64,000 bases of DNA. Source: the human T2T-CHM13v2.0 reference genome, Homo sapiens. The stretch is taken from assembly GCF_009914755.1 (NCBI RefSeq), contig NC_060942.1. One strand, written 5' to 3'. The notes under the pieces are model-generated. The model was given only the letters and a program-made list of their open reading frames with translations, was not told the DNA's origin and did no database searches. A program made the position numbers and the translations under genes. Of this stretch, positions 31,456-54,587 are shown in pieces. The stretch's first letter is position 1; every line of letters starts with the position of its first letter.

Positions 31456-32463
31456 AATTGATTTCCAAACATATTGGTATAAACTATATTTTCACTGAAG
31501 TTTTAGCAAGTTCACAATTAGCCAAGCTCATAGTGAGATACAGAAGGCATCTTTAAACAAAATCCATAGACAATGCTGCAACCATTTCTTAGCCAATTAC
31601 AACTTGCCTGCAAATCCTGTGTCAGAACCACTGACAAGAAACTTAGGTGCTCCCTAACTTCACCCATGTCTGATTGATGTCCAGCATGGAAATTCAAATT
31701 CCACGGGGATCAGGTGTTGGCTCAAGTTCTGCCCCCACCCACTCTCTACCCTGCCCTACACCTGCTGCCCAGTCCCAGAGAGGGTGAAGTCTCCTGCAGG
31801 ATGGTCCTCCATCTATCATACTTGGGGTGACCAGGGCCAGAAACTCTGGCAGAGAGGGAGGAAAGGGTTTCTTGGGTCCCAACGCTTCCACACTTCCCAT
31901 AAAAATAAAGCTATATATTGGAATAGGTTTTAGGCTGGCTCTCAAAAGCCAGGACATAGATGAACAATAGTTTTTCTCCTCCCTGAATGACAATTCACAT
32001 CTATCTCATATTACAAGACACCAAAGATGGTATTTGTTATTTCAATAATCAGATTGATCACAACATAACAGCAAACAGCTAATTAAGTGAGTGCATAAAA
32101 GAGGTCAAGGAAATCACACCACACATTGCTTCCATGTTCATTTCACGCTCTTCTTTTAAATGACAATGACTCCTATATGCCTTGACACTCAACAAGAAGC
32201 CATGTAATAATAGCCCTGAGTAAAGGTCATGATTAGGCAAAGAAAAGAAATTATAAAACAATAAAATGTTTTCCTTTGGAATTAGTGAGAAGTACATTTC
32301 TTTTTTCTTAAAGAAATATAGTTGTTATTACTTTCGAGTAGCCCAGTAACTCAAACTAAACAAAATGATGTCAGCCACAGTGATCCCTGGGGCACCTGGT
32401 TTAAGGAAAGCACAGGTTTCCCCTCCCACTGCATGGAATTAACTCAATGTGTTGAGATTATTA

Positions 32464-32772
<309 letters not shown>

Positions 32773-33081
32773 CTATGCGAAAGATAGACGAATGCGTAAG
32801 TGGACTATGCCTCCTGACGGTCTGTAGTACCCCTGTTTGCCCCCCTGGGCACACGCACTGCCCACTGCGGGCAAGAGCCACTCTTTACACCTGCTTGAAT
32901 GGATTTTGATATTTTCACATGGAAACTTGAATCCTAGAAGTTGCCTCAATATAAATAAATAACAGTTTCTGTCATTGCAGCTAAAGGTAAAATATTAAAC
33001 CAATGGAGCTCCACGAGTCACTTGATTTCCCCTTCTATCTTACTCGCTTGCAGAGTTCTTTCTGCCCATGGTGAGCAATCA

Positions 33082-33324
<243 letters not shown>

Positions 33325-33974
33325 TCAGCCATTAACACTGGGAAGGCCCCGAGAGCCTCTGACTATGTGCTGACACAGTGTGAGCCCTGGAACAAAGCCC
33401 TCCCTTTCTGTCTCCTGCACCAATGATGATATGGTCTGAGTTCAATCACCAAACTTCCTTAGTTCCACTTCTTCATCAGCCAAAGAAAAACACCGCAGTC
33501 AATCATCTCTAAGGTCCCTAAGAGGGTGGAGAATTCCATGTTCCACGTTATTCATGGGGGACTCACAAGATCTAACTAAAGAGGATGGTTCTCTCTCCCT
33601 CATCCAATAGATGAAGAAGACACAGAAAAGCTGGGCAGGATGGGAACTTCTACCCTGGTGGTCATGTGTGTAGTTGATTTCACAACAGGAACTGAAACAG
33701 TGCTGCATGGACAATGTACAGAACTGCTGGATTTATGGTAAACCCTGGTGGAATTAGAGGAGGAAAGCAGCAGCACATCACTGCAGGTTACAGGCACCTC
33801 CAAGAGTGTGACCTGCACCTTCCACTTCCTCTCTCCCCACTCTTCCTGCAACAATGGACAACAGGCAAACACTTTGTGCACAGCAAATGTTTCATACATG
33901 ATCCCTTGTTAATACCTTTGAAAATTTTCAATGCAAATTTTAATGCTTTAAATATTTACTGTGTACTGACTCCC

Positions 33975-37332
<3,358 letters not shown>

Positions 37333-37491
37333 TTAAGAAGTGAGGCTAGTTAGCACCAAGTCTGAGATCTGAGAATTCATTCTTGCACTGGGCTTAGGAC
37401 ATAATGGAAGCTGGACCCATTTTACACATTTAGAAAATGAAATCACCCAATCCTCTATCACTAGGTCATCCCAGAAAATGTTCTTACTTAC

Positions 37492-37590
37492 AGACATCGG
37501 CAGTGAGTGAGCAGAAAACAGAATGACCACCTCGCTTCTCTTCTCAAGTGGAAAATGGTCCAGTTCCTTTAGAATATGATCTGCAAAGCA
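37492..37590 (-). CDS. FECH: Ferrochelatase exon 7 (99 bp), includes catalytic His263 (FSAHSLP)
   Basis: cag|TGCTTTGCA…ATGTCT|gtaagt; encodes [33 protein letters not shown]. Confidence 0.98.
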
Positions 37591-38389
37591 CTGAGTGAGT
37601 AACAAGAAAGGAGGATAAAGAGGAAGGGAAGAAAGAAATGGAAGGAAAAAGAAAATAATTTTAAAATGAAGCCTACACCAAAAATCTCAGAGCAACCCTC
37701 AAAAATCCGAACTCTCTTTTTTAAAAAATTGCAAACAGTCCAGCCTCTCAGCATTGGTTTATCATCAAAATGGATCATAACAGTTTCGGGGGCCTAGGGA
37801 ATTTGCTGGGAAACTTCTAAAGCTCGCTAATGGCTCACTGCAAATGCGCGCTGTGGATCTGCTTCCCCTCGGGAAGGACAGGGCACACTTCCAGATGGAA
37901 AGGAAACACAGATGGGAAGGAGTTGTTTTAAGACCTCTCATTTGCTCCGTTAGCAGGAAAACAGCTTACAGGGTCTTTCTAAAGCCTCCTTAGTTTGGCT
38001 TTCAGGCATACCACATTAAATACATTAGTCAGGAATAGTAGGGAAATAAGAAAATACTGCTCTATTTTTATAACAGTTTCTTCTGAGCCTCATATCCCCA
38101 TCAAGTCAATTTTTATAAAAACCTTCACAACAACAGATGACAGGTGATACACACCCATTAAATTCACAGAGCGGGGAAAGATGTGGTAAACTTAGGGGCC
38201 CATTCAGTCACATCTGTGGAACTTGGGAAAGAACATGGTTCCTGCCTCCCCCTCCAAATCTCTGTCCACCAGACCAGGGAGCTCCCTTCGTCTAGCCGGC
38301 ACTTTGATTCACGTCGATAGGTGCTGAAATACCAGAACTGAAGGGGCTTTCTTTCGTCTTATACTTTAATCATTCTCTGTCATTTAGCT

Positions 38390-39100
38390 TATAAAAAAAT
38401 GCTACAAAAGACACAAATGGGTCAACTGACAAAATCAGAATATGAATGTAAATTAAGTAAAAGTTTAAATATTGACGTTAAATTTACTGAAGTTGAATGT
38501 TGTATTGTGGTTATGTAAGAGAATATTCCTGATTTTAGAAAACACACTTAAGTGTTTAGGTGTAGAGGATGGTGATATATGCATAACTTATTCTCAAATG
38601 GGTCAGAAAAAGAAATCATGTTTATACAAACACAGACACACACACATACATACACACACACGGGGCGTGTAAATGATAAAGCAAGTGGGATATACATGTT
38701 AATAACACATCAATAGGCCAGACGCAGTGGCTCACGCCAGTAATCCCAGCACTTTGGGAGGCCAAGGTTGGACGACTGCTGGAGCCCAGAAGTTCAAGAC
38801 TAGCCTGAGCAACATGGAAAGACCTAATCTCCACAAAATTTTTAAAAATTAGCAGGGTGTGATGGCACCTGCCTGTGGTCCCAGCTACTCAGCAGGCTGA
38901 GGCGGGAGGATCACCTGGGCCCAGAAGGTTAAGGTTGCAGTGAGCTATGATCGTTCCACTCAACTCCAGCCTGGGCAACAGAGTGAAACCCTGCCTCAAA
39001 ATAATAATAATACAGTAATATAGGTAAAAGAGTAGATGAGAGTTCCTTATACTATTCTTAATCTTGTAACTTTTCTGCATATCTAAAATTATTTCTAAAT
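38390..39100 (+). mobile_element. Old L1M 3' fragment with AluJ (38716-39010)
   Basis: 'tgtattgtggttatgtaagagaatattcct…gtaacttttctgcatatctaaaattatttc'. Confidence 0.75.
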
Positions 39101-40366
39101 GGTCCTTTGTAACTTTTTAAAAATTATAAAGGACAATTTATCAGAAACATGTAAATCTGCACTTGTTGGTATTTTGATACATCAGTGGTCAGTGAAAACT
39201 ATGGGATAAGCAAACTATTCCCTAATAAATATTGAGATATTATTAATCTTTCCAGAACTCTCAAAATTTGGTAAATAAATATCCTAAGGCATAAAATGGT
39301 ACCTAAAGTTAAGTTCCCTTTTCAGAATTTATAATGTAAATTCTCAGCAAATGTGACAGGATTAGATACAAACGAAACCAATATTTTCTGGTCTTTGCAG
39401 TGTTTGGAAACTAAAGATGCTCAGAAAGGATTATTTTTGGACCTCAGCCTAGATAAGGAGGCCCACTGCAAGGTTTATACAGGAGCCTAGAAGATAAATT
39501 TGCTCCAATTAACCCAACAGCTAAATAAATACCAATATTAGAGAAAACAGTAATAAAATGGCTATTTGGAGCAATTACTACCTATGCCAAGCAGAAATGT
39601 GGATTCAAAACAGAATTTGTAGTTTTAAACTATATTTTTCATTTTAGTTTAGGGTTTTGTTTTCTGGTTTCCAAAAATGTCATATCGTATCCAAAGCCTA
39701 GTGTTTTTCTTTTCTCGGCTTGCAAAGCTGCAAGTAAAAACACAAATCATATGGCTTGCAACAGCCTCTAAGCCATCTTCAAAACTGAGGCGCCATGGGC
39801 AAGGAGAAGTGCTATTTAAATCACCTAAAACCCATCTGCGGTATTTTCTACTCCCAACCTCTCTGCAGAATGAAAGAGGCACCGAGCCTCTCAGAGCCTT
39901 CAATCACACCATCTAGGAGGGCAGATAAATGCCTCTAAAATTCCCTTTCATTTTATGAACAGAGACTTCCTCAGTTAAGAGACCTTTCCATCGTTTTGCT
40001 TCCCTCCTTTTCAAAGGGCTGAATTTTAATGCAAATCTAATTACTCACTTGATCAGGGCAGGCAGATGCTGTGCAGATCCCTCCATTCCCTGCTACCACA
40101 TGTCAATGCTGACCTGAAACCCCCCTCCTTTCCAATCGCAGGCCTCCCAAAGCAAAACCCAGGCTGCTGGTGCTTCAGGCAGTACTGGCTGGACCCAGCA
40201 ACACAGCCGTCAATGGTGCACACAGAGACCACAACTACACCCACCCCTAAGGGTAAGCTCCTTCTTTTCAGTTTTTACTTAAAATTGGATTTCAACCCAA
40301 GTGTTAACCCTTTACATGCCTAAGGAACACTGCTCTGGGGAGAGCTGGCCTGATTTCAATGATGTC

Positions 40367-40385
40367 TAGCACCATCTAGTGGTCA
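40367..40385 (-). promoter_or_regulatory. Candidate CTCF site (intron 6)
   Basis: Minus strand tgaccactagatggtgcta, a close match to the CTCF core. Confidence 0.65.
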
Positions 40386-41220
40386 CAGATTTAAATGACA
40401 CCAGGCTTCTAAAGAAGTTGTTAGTAGGGTTTTTTTCCGGGAGTCAGAAAACGTTCAAGGAGTGAAAAATAAAATGGATCAAATCTAAATGACTTAATAT
40501 TTCCCCTACCTAAAATAACTCAAAAGCAGAAACTTCTACTAGCAGAACAAAATTATATTTGCATAATTTAGGGCAATATTTTACCAATTGCCCTCCCATA
40601 TTTGACAGGCAGAAAAGAATATGGTAACATCAGTTCAAAGCTATTAACTTTAGAACTGTAATTTTAACTTATTCTCCTAAAATCAAGCATCTGTTAATAA
40701 AAATATTATAAATATAAATTGCATAGAAGAAATATGAAATTTCTTTTAATATGTGAAACTTTCTCAATCGAAATGTTCAATTTATTTTCATGTCTCAGAA
40801 CATGTAGATATATTACTTTTACATTATTAAAATCGTTTGACATTTTAAAGGATTTAGAAAGTAGAAAATTTAATTCGTTGGTCAGTCACTCAACCTACAA
40901 ATGTAAGTTAGCTGAAACACCATGCACAATCTTTAATGCTCTTCTGGTCATAGGAAACACAAAACTCAAAATATCGTTTTGTTATGGTTTGGGACTAATA
41001 GCATTAATCCGAAGAAAGAAGAGTCTAGTCATTTTAATCTTTAAATGTATTTTCTCTTTTCATAATAAATCAAGAATATAATACTTTTATTTAATCCCAA
41101 ACACACAATTTAAGCAAGGGAACAGTAAGGCTCAGAAGGACATCCACAAACCCAGAAGGGATGAGAAGCTGATTCACACTAGATGCTGGGGTGACAGGCA
41201 GCTGGCAAGCACTGGCTTAC

Positions 41221-41327
41221 CTGGATGAGGAGGTGATGTGTGGGCCACCTGTCAATAGTGCTCCACTTCATCGTGGGCTTCCGTCCCACTTGATTATAGT
41301 ATCTGTAAATGGCATTTAAGCTGCTGC
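41221..41327 (-). CDS. FECH: Ferrochelatase exon 6 (107 bp)
   Basis: cag|GCAGCAGC…ATCCAG|gtaagc; encodes [35 protein letters not shown]. Confidence 0.98.
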
Positions 41328-41646
41328 CTGAAATATACAGAGACCACTTAGTAGATGCATTTTGATTATGGTGAAAATAAAAAACAGACTCGTAAAGGTA
41401 GTATATATAAGTTCAAAGCAGGTAACTGCTTCTTTACTGAATCAGTCTAATTACAATCATTTCAATACTCTAAAATGCATATAGATTTAACTACCCTGCA
41501 AATGAAGATCACTAAAAAGCAATCAATTTCAATGGACTTTCAAAGATTATTGATGTCAGTTCTAGTGAAAAACAAGATGGCTGTAAAGTTATGAAATATA
41601 AGCAGTCATATTTACAGGGACCAAGTCTTACAATTCAAAGTATGTC

Positions 41647-43950
<2,304 letters not shown>

Positions 43951-44772
43951 TGATAATTCAAACTCTTGAGGGTATCTTAGAACTCAGGCATTTTAATGGG
44001 TTCTCTGAACAAATATTTAAGGCACATAACAAGCTTTGACTTTTTCCAATAGCCTTTTGATTCTCCTTATGGTTATAGAAGTGATAAACATTAATATCCA
44101 AAAGCAATTTGGGACTAAGAATGTGCTGACTTCAATCCTTGCAATGGAATGCAAACAAATGTATCTGTGGGTGACAGTAGCAGCTTTGCCTACAATGAAT
44201 GATACAGAGATTGCCAAACACCAATTATTCCCCAGCTCCAGTTAAATATACAGAAAACGACAAGCAGTAACATTTTCCAAAATCAAGAAAACAGAAAATT
44301 CTGCAAAGGGAACCCCAAACTGGGCTTTAGTTTTACCAGCAACCAACTCATAACTGAAGCAAAACAACGACAACAGCAACAAAATATCAGTATTTCCCAT
44401 GTTGTATGGGCATCTTTGCTTTCAAAATGAGAACAGTTACAATCTTTGCTACATCAGTAAGAAAATCTGGGTAGCCATAAAAAGGTTTATCACACAAACC
44501 CAGAAAGAGCCTTAAGGTTCATTACTGATCCATTACACAATGGCATTAAAGCACTGAACACTGACAGCCACTGCCTACCACCCACACCATTTGTAATTAC
44601 CAGCCAAGTGGCCAATAATTCAAGGGACAGATGGACCATGAGATTTCAAATGGACTGACCTGAACTCTCGTGTTTAAAGAAGACAGGTTGAATTTGCCAT
44701 TCAAATTGCAAATAATTCATCCTTCCCTTCAGTACTTAGACTCCTTGGTTATTTTTGCCAGCACCGTATCTA

Positions 44773-44976
<204 letters not shown>

Positions 44977-46075
44977 TTATATAGATTCCTCAGAGTCAAC
45001 AAACATAATGCAATGCCCAGAACAAAGAACAGTTCATGTAATTTCCTATGGCACTGACGGTGAAGGCAAGTTTAGCATATTCCTTGGATCTTATCCACTC
45101 TTCAGCTGGTATGTGAACTTTTAATGATGACTTTCTAGGATCAGTACCCCACCCACACACCTTTACTGCACAGTGGTTTTTAAAACTCAAACTTCTCTTC
45201 CTAATTCTCTGTTCTTGGCTGGCATAAGAGAGCCTCAAGAGAAAGGAGGAAAAAACAACACTTATTCTAAAATATAACTTCCTCTTGCATACCAGATACT
45301 ATGGTAGCCACTGGGCATTATTTTTTTAATCATTTAAACCTGATTTTCCAGATAAGGAAACAGAGACTCTGAAGGTTAACTGAACTACCCAAAGTCATAC
45401 CTTGCAGGTGGTCGAGCTGGAATTAGAGCCTGGGTCTCCCAACCCATGCTTCTCACTCCTCCCAGGCCCCCCACCTCACCCTGCTCCTATTACCCAGTTC
45501 CCCGAACCCCCAGGCCACCTCGTTTATATAAAAAAATGCAAGAGCTCTTGCATACGTAAAAAAATTCATTGATAACAAATGATTAAAATGATTCTCCTCA
45601 TTACACATATAAAACAGTGCTTAATTTGGAGGTGCCACATGGGATTGAAAGCCATTGTTCTTGGTACCTAAATGGCCCATGCCTGCTGTATATCCTCATG
45701 TTCTTTCCCTGTCCCTTCCCTGTCCTTTCACGAATACCCTCTTCTATCTTCTTTATCCTCCCGCATCTTCCTTTCTTGTAGTTCAAAAACATCCACACCA
45801 CATAATTGTTTAAGCATGTATAAAGTCATAAAACTACAAGTTTCCTAAACTTACTTAGTCTTGTTTCCTTGCCTTTTCATAGGATTACACATAACTTACA
45901 CTCAGGGATGATAGTGAGAATCACTACATGAGTGTCAGGTAATAAATAATAAGACCATGATAATGTTACTGTCCAAAGCATTAGCAGGGGCTGCAACTAT
46001 GAATGTGACATAAATTGCCACAAGAAACATTTAGGTTAAAGTGAAGGAAAAGACGGGAGTTTATCTCATTTATAC

Positions 46076-46231
46076 CTAGATATATACAAGGACGACATTC
46101 CTCCTAACTTGACCCAGAGAGCTAAGAGCCAGTGGAACACATTCCCAAGGGAGAAGCAGAATGCCATTAGGCGAGAGAAGCACATGTGTGCACAGAAAGG
46201 CTGGTCGGACTCAGTATTCTCTGGTTGGGTA
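46076..46231 (-). other. Latent 156-nt pseudoexon in FECH intron 4 with in-frame stop
   Basis: Acceptor ttccttcttcttttttgcag|TACCC, donor TCTAG|gtataa, TAA at 46169-46167. Confidence 0.8.
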
Positions 46232-48000
46232 CTGCAAAAAAGAAGAAGGAAGTAAAACTAGATCATTTTTAGCGCTCTGTCCATTTTCCGGCCACCAATT
46301 TCGTGCTGCCTTGCATAAAATGGTCACTAGCAGTTAAAACATATCACAGGACATGATCCCATAAGCAAACTCCAAATGACTGATTGTTCAAAGATTATGC
46401 GCTTTGTGCTAAAAACCGCCAACTATTACAATACCATCAAATCCCTTGAAGCAACTCTTGGTGATTTGAGCTGAGGTTTAGCAAGCAAGTAGAAACTGCT
46501 TTCAATTCTACTTTGAAACAATACGATGATCAGAATGACATCCCCAGTGCTGCAGGTCAACCGGCTTCTCGCATTTTCTTTTCACCTGTCCAGTATCTGA
46601 AGGTTACGGTCTAAATGCCTAGGGTCTGGGAGTTCCTCAAATCATGCATACTAAGAGGTAGAAAGGCTGCCCTTGCAGATAAAGACAACGGCAGGTGGCC
46701 ACATTTTAAAGTGAGACAGAGTAAAATACCCTGGAAAGAACTGATAATGTTTTCTAAATGCTTTCTAAAGACAACCTGTAAACACATATTGGAGAAAAAG
46801 CAGCAAGGTACTCTCCAACTGGGCATATCCTGAGGAACCAACAAACAGTGTTCATGAAGGACCCGTGTCCATCAGGATGGGTTTCACAATGCAGCTGGCT
46901 GTCCCTGGAAGGATGCAGGGATGGGAAGGAGCCTCTCCGATGTTAACCAGTGCCACATCTCGTGGGCAGATCTGGCCAGAGTGAGCCCAAAACACATCAC
47001 TCACTGGCCTAGCTTACGTACCCTCAGAGCAGCTGTTCAATGAACAGTCTTCAGCAAGAACTACTAAAAGACAGAGAAACTAGATTTTTAAACAGCAAAA
47101 ACTTCATTAATTTAGCATGTACAATAGTTCAAATGTCCGATTTGTACATGATTTTTTGAAAGAAAAGTTTGAAATATGTAGCAAATGCTTACTTTGTATC
47201 AGATCATGAACCCTGTGCCAATGATGAATTAAAAAGCTCACGTATATTGAACTTTTGTCATGTTAATGCCTCTCAGGATTATCGCATTTAATTTTCACAA
47301 GGATCTAAGAGTTGAGTTCTGTTACCATCCCCATTTTCTAGCTGAGGCTTAGTTAAGTAAGTAAACTGCCTGAACCAGAGCAGGGAAGCCAACACCATCA
47401 GAGAAAGGAACCCATACTCCTATCCACGCTGCATCCGGGAAAGAACAGAATTATTTCATGAGCAGCCCTTACTTATAGCTTCACTAAAAGCAGTTACAAG
47501 CTAAACAGTTAAACTATAATTTGCAAAGCATATTTGAGATTTAGACTTTCCATCACATGATTACACTTCTCATCTATTTCTGTATCTATTCTCTACATTT
47601 CTGCAATGCAATGTAACTACATGAAACCATTTCCTGATATAACTCACTGTCTTAGTTAACTGGTCAATTCTATGAAACCAGTGCAAGTCTCAAAACGTCC
47701 ACACTGGCTACCAAGCAACAACCACTTCCCTAAAAAACGACAGCATGAAACATGTTTATCTGTTTGCAATCATCACATTTTCTGGCCTAAAGAGAATTTT
47801 TCTTAATAGAAATAAATCAATAGACATAGTTCAAAAGTAAACTTTACAACTATATAGGAAAGAAAGGATCAGAAGGGAAGAGGAATGAGAAGGAGATGAA
47901 GAGGTACCCCAGCAGCCTCACCAGAGACAGGAGGTGGCGGGAAGGATGCCCTCCTGTCTGTATTGCTTTTTCAAGTCTGACAACTCTACCAGGGCTTTAA

Positions 48001-48575
<575 letters not shown>

Positions 48576-49726
48576 TAATGACTGGAGTTTGTTCTCTAGT
48601 AAGTAGGTGTGAATGGAGGGCTGACATTTTAAAGATGCACTGTGGCATGCACGGAGGAACTGCATAAGAAATGCCCTTGAGCCACAGCTTTAAGCAGGAA
48701 GCAAGCCGAATATGCAGAAGCACAGTTGAACAATTTTCGAAGTGAGGTGATCTGAGAAGGGGCCAGGGCCCTTTGTTACTTTGTGCCATGGGAACCAGTG
48801 GATTCTGAGAACAGCTGGAGTGGATGCTTGCTCAGTGATGTCAGAAAAGAGTGAAATGCTCCTTTTGGTCCTGCCTAGTGGAGCTGTTCTCCCTGAGGGT
48901 TCCCAGTGTCACACACCTATCCTGATCCCAAAGCTCTAAGATATATTTGCAATGAATGTAATTCATGTGTCCTAAGATGTACATTTTTTTGGTTTTAACA
49001 TTTCTCATATCAGTTCAGTCTACAATAGATGTTGTCTTAAAATTAACCGGTAGTGCTTTTGTATCTTAGTATTATACAAAAACAGGGTGTCCTGCAATGA
49101 ATTGTGTCTTCGATGTGTTTAATACAGCATTTTTACTTCATCCATGCATTTAGTGGTTCATTCTGCACACTATTATTCTGGATAGAGGTTCTCAGATGTG
49201 CACAATCCTCTTTTTGGTGCCACGTCCAACAAGGACCTTCAATACCTTACAATGGTGATATTCTGAGAGCTGAAAGCATCACTGCGAGTTGCTTACTGTC
49301 CTGTGGCTTCCATGATAGCTAGCTAATACTGCTCTAAATATTCTAATCAGCTATCCAACCAGAAAGAAAAGGCAATAATAGCAGCAGCCTCAATCCATTT
49401 CCCAAAGATTTCTTTCCAGTGTAATGATATATGCATCTTTCTTTCATGGTATGTTGCTTATGCCTTATACTCTAGCAATTTAACAAACATCTCGAACTTC
49501 CTTTTGAAACTCATGTCCCAAATCCTTAGCTTTTTTTTACTTGTAATGTAAGAAGTCATAGCAAAGGCTAAAGGTCAAGGGATAACGCCTGGAGACCTAA
49601 ATTAAGTGACCATGTATTACGTAGAAACACCACAAATTGAGTTGCCAGTACATATGAAGCATTTAGCATCTACTACTCTTTTGAATTTCATAACTACTTC
49701 GAAAGAACTAATCTAGTTACATGTTA

Positions 49727-49957
<231 letters not shown>

Positions 49958-50494
49958 ACTCAATAAAAAAGAAAAAAAGCAAAATTTTAGAGAGCCTAAC
50001 AAGATTAAGCCTTTAAAACAGAAGCTTGAGGTCATTGACAATAGCCAGCTCTCTTGTTGTAGAATAAGGAGCTAAAGCTATACCCTCTCTGAGGAATACC
50101 CAGCTGTGCTCCACAAGCTGTTCCAGCAGCACACCTGAAGATTCAGGACACACAACACCCATGCAGAGAAACCTGGATGTGCGCTAGCTACTAGCGTAAC
50201 ACATTTTGATCCCACACCTAACGAGAACTAGGATATAAGACAAATGAAGTAGACATTTCTCTTAATTTAAAAAATAAAGTCTATTAATCTTATAGATACA
50301 CTTGCATATAGGAGCAAAGATGTATGCACAAGAATGTTCACTGCAACACTGTAAACAAACTAATTGTCCACCATGAAGCATGGATTAAACAAATTAAGTT
50401 ACAGCCATATGATGCAGTTCTAAATAGTAATCAAAAAATGAGCCAGACCTATATATCGATATAACGTTATGAAACAAGATACAGTGTTAAGTTT

Positions 50495-50888
50495 ACACAT
50501 TCACAACAGCAAAGACTTGGAACCAACCCAAATGTCCATCAATGATAGACTGGATTAAGAAAATGTGGAATACTAATGCAGCCATAAAAAGGGATGAGTT
50601 CATGTCCTTTGTAGGGACATGGATGAAGCTGGAAACCACCATTCTCAGCAAACTATCACAAGGACAAAAAACCAAACACCGCATGTTCTCACTCATAGGT
50701 GGGAATTGAACAATGAGAACACTTGGACACAGGAAGGGGAACATCACACACCAGGGCCTATCGTGGAGTGGGGGGAGAGGGGAGGGATAGCATTAGGAGA
50801 TATACCTAATGTAAATGACGAGTTAATGGGTGCAGCACACCAACATGGCACATGTATACGTATGTAAAAAAAAAAAAAAAAAAAAAAA
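50495..50888 (+). mobile_element. Truncated L1PA 3' end with poly(A), nested in an older L1M
   Basis: 'gcaaagacttggaaccaacccaaatgtcc…ggagggatagcattaggagatatacctaatg…catggcacatgtatac'. Confidence 0.9.
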
Positions 50889-51596
50889 GGAAAGTTTCAA
50901 ATATAGTACATAAGTACCTTCACATTTGTGTAACGAAGTGGGGGGGGGGGGTGTGCATGTGTGTATGTATGTATGTGCGCGTGTGTGTGTGTATGTATGT
51001 GTATGCTTGGATATGCACGGACTATTTCTGGATGTAACAGCGCTTTCCTCCAGGTGGATAACTGGGAGTGCAAGGTGAAAGGGACACTTGCCTTTTACTG
51101 TAATTACTTTTATACTATTTGTAGTTTTTATCCCATGCATGTACTAATTTTTCATAATAGAAATCTATTTTGAAAGAAAAAGGAGAGAAGGAAGAAGGGA
51201 AAGAAGGATGAAAGGAAAAGAAGGGCAGCAACAATCCATATTTATAGTACAAATGAATAATAATCATTGCTTCCCTGAGTGTTAATCAGCCGTTAAGTGA
51301 CAAGTACAAATATATCTTTAAAAATCTTTAAAGGTACCTAGGCTATGTCAAGACAACTGCAATTTCCAGGGCTCTGGGGAGCAAAGGGCTCAAGGAGAAT
51401 CCCCACTAACTTATTTGCTCTCTCCCCCTGCAATTTTCTGATATCATATCCTTCTGATATCCAACAGAAAACAATGCTGCTGTTTAACCATTACCAGATA
51501 CGCATTAAAACTATTTACTGGTTTGAAACTACAGAATTGAGAGACACATGTCAATGTAGTGCCAAGGTTATAATCGAGGTGTTTATATATATCTCA

Positions 51597-51785
<189 letters not shown>

Positions 51786-52339
51786 TCAGCCAGCAAACTC
51801 TAATCTGTTCCATACAAAGGTAAATACTATGGCTCTTTTCACTGCCGTCACACAGATACCTATTCGGGGACATCTGTGGCCTCCAGTTCCCCATGGTCCC
51901 AGCTCAGACTTGGACCTTTGTCTTTTGGCTTAATTCATGATATCAGTCTTCACTCCGCTAGAAATGTTTCCCTTTTAAAGTCTCGGCCTGAAGAGAGATC
52001 GAACCTTTAGGGACTGGGAGTCAAGGTAGAAATCTAAAATTGTCCTGCAGCTAAAGCACCTGTACATGTGAGTACCATATGAATACAGAGGTTACCTGAC
52101 CTCTCCCAACTTCAAGTTTCCTCATCTGGAAAACATAGCACCCACCACCTACTCAAAATGCTGTTTTGAGAATTCAGTGGGTAACATCTTCAGTCACTTA
52201 GCACGTGCTGGCACATGGTAAGTTCTACTCTACACAGAGCAGGGTTCCCCCAAAATTTTAAACCTCCACAGTCTAATACCAGCCCATCCCCACTCTTGCA
52301 TCTGCTCCTGTCTCTTTAGTCAATTATTAAATTAAATGA

Positions 52340-54075
<1,736 letters not shown>

Positions 54076-54361
54076 TATGGTGACATCTTAATGGGCAATT
54101 TTTAAACAATTATTAACAACATTTGGCAATAACGTAAGGCAGCAGGGTATGTCAAATGTAAACAGGTAGAAACTGTTTTCTTGATCAAACCTGTTGTATA
54201 AGTGGATGAGGTAAAAATCTGAATTCTCAACCTACTTTTTCAGAATACGAATCAATTCCTGGGGAAGGAGAAATATGGCATTACAATGAGATCAGGGATT
54301 TTCTCATTTAGACCCCATTATAAAGATTAACTAAGGTCCCTTTTCACATCAATGCCTTCAA

Positions 54362-54587
54362 CCGGGGTTTTTCAACCTCAGCACTACTGACGTTTGGGGC
54401 TGGAGAGTCCTTTGTTGTAGAGGACGGCCCTGTGCAATGCAGGAGCCTTGGCAGCATACCTGGCCTCTACCTGTACACAATAATAGCACACACCCCACCC
54501 CAGTGTGACAACCAAAAATGTCTCCAGCCATTGCCAAATTTGTCCCAGGAGGCAAAAATGCCCCCTTCCCCCTATTGAGAATCACTG
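54362..54587. mobile_element. MER20 hAT element
   Basis: 'tcaacctcagcactactgacgtttgggg…gtgacaaccaaaaatgtctccag…ttgagaatcactg'. Confidence 0.85.
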
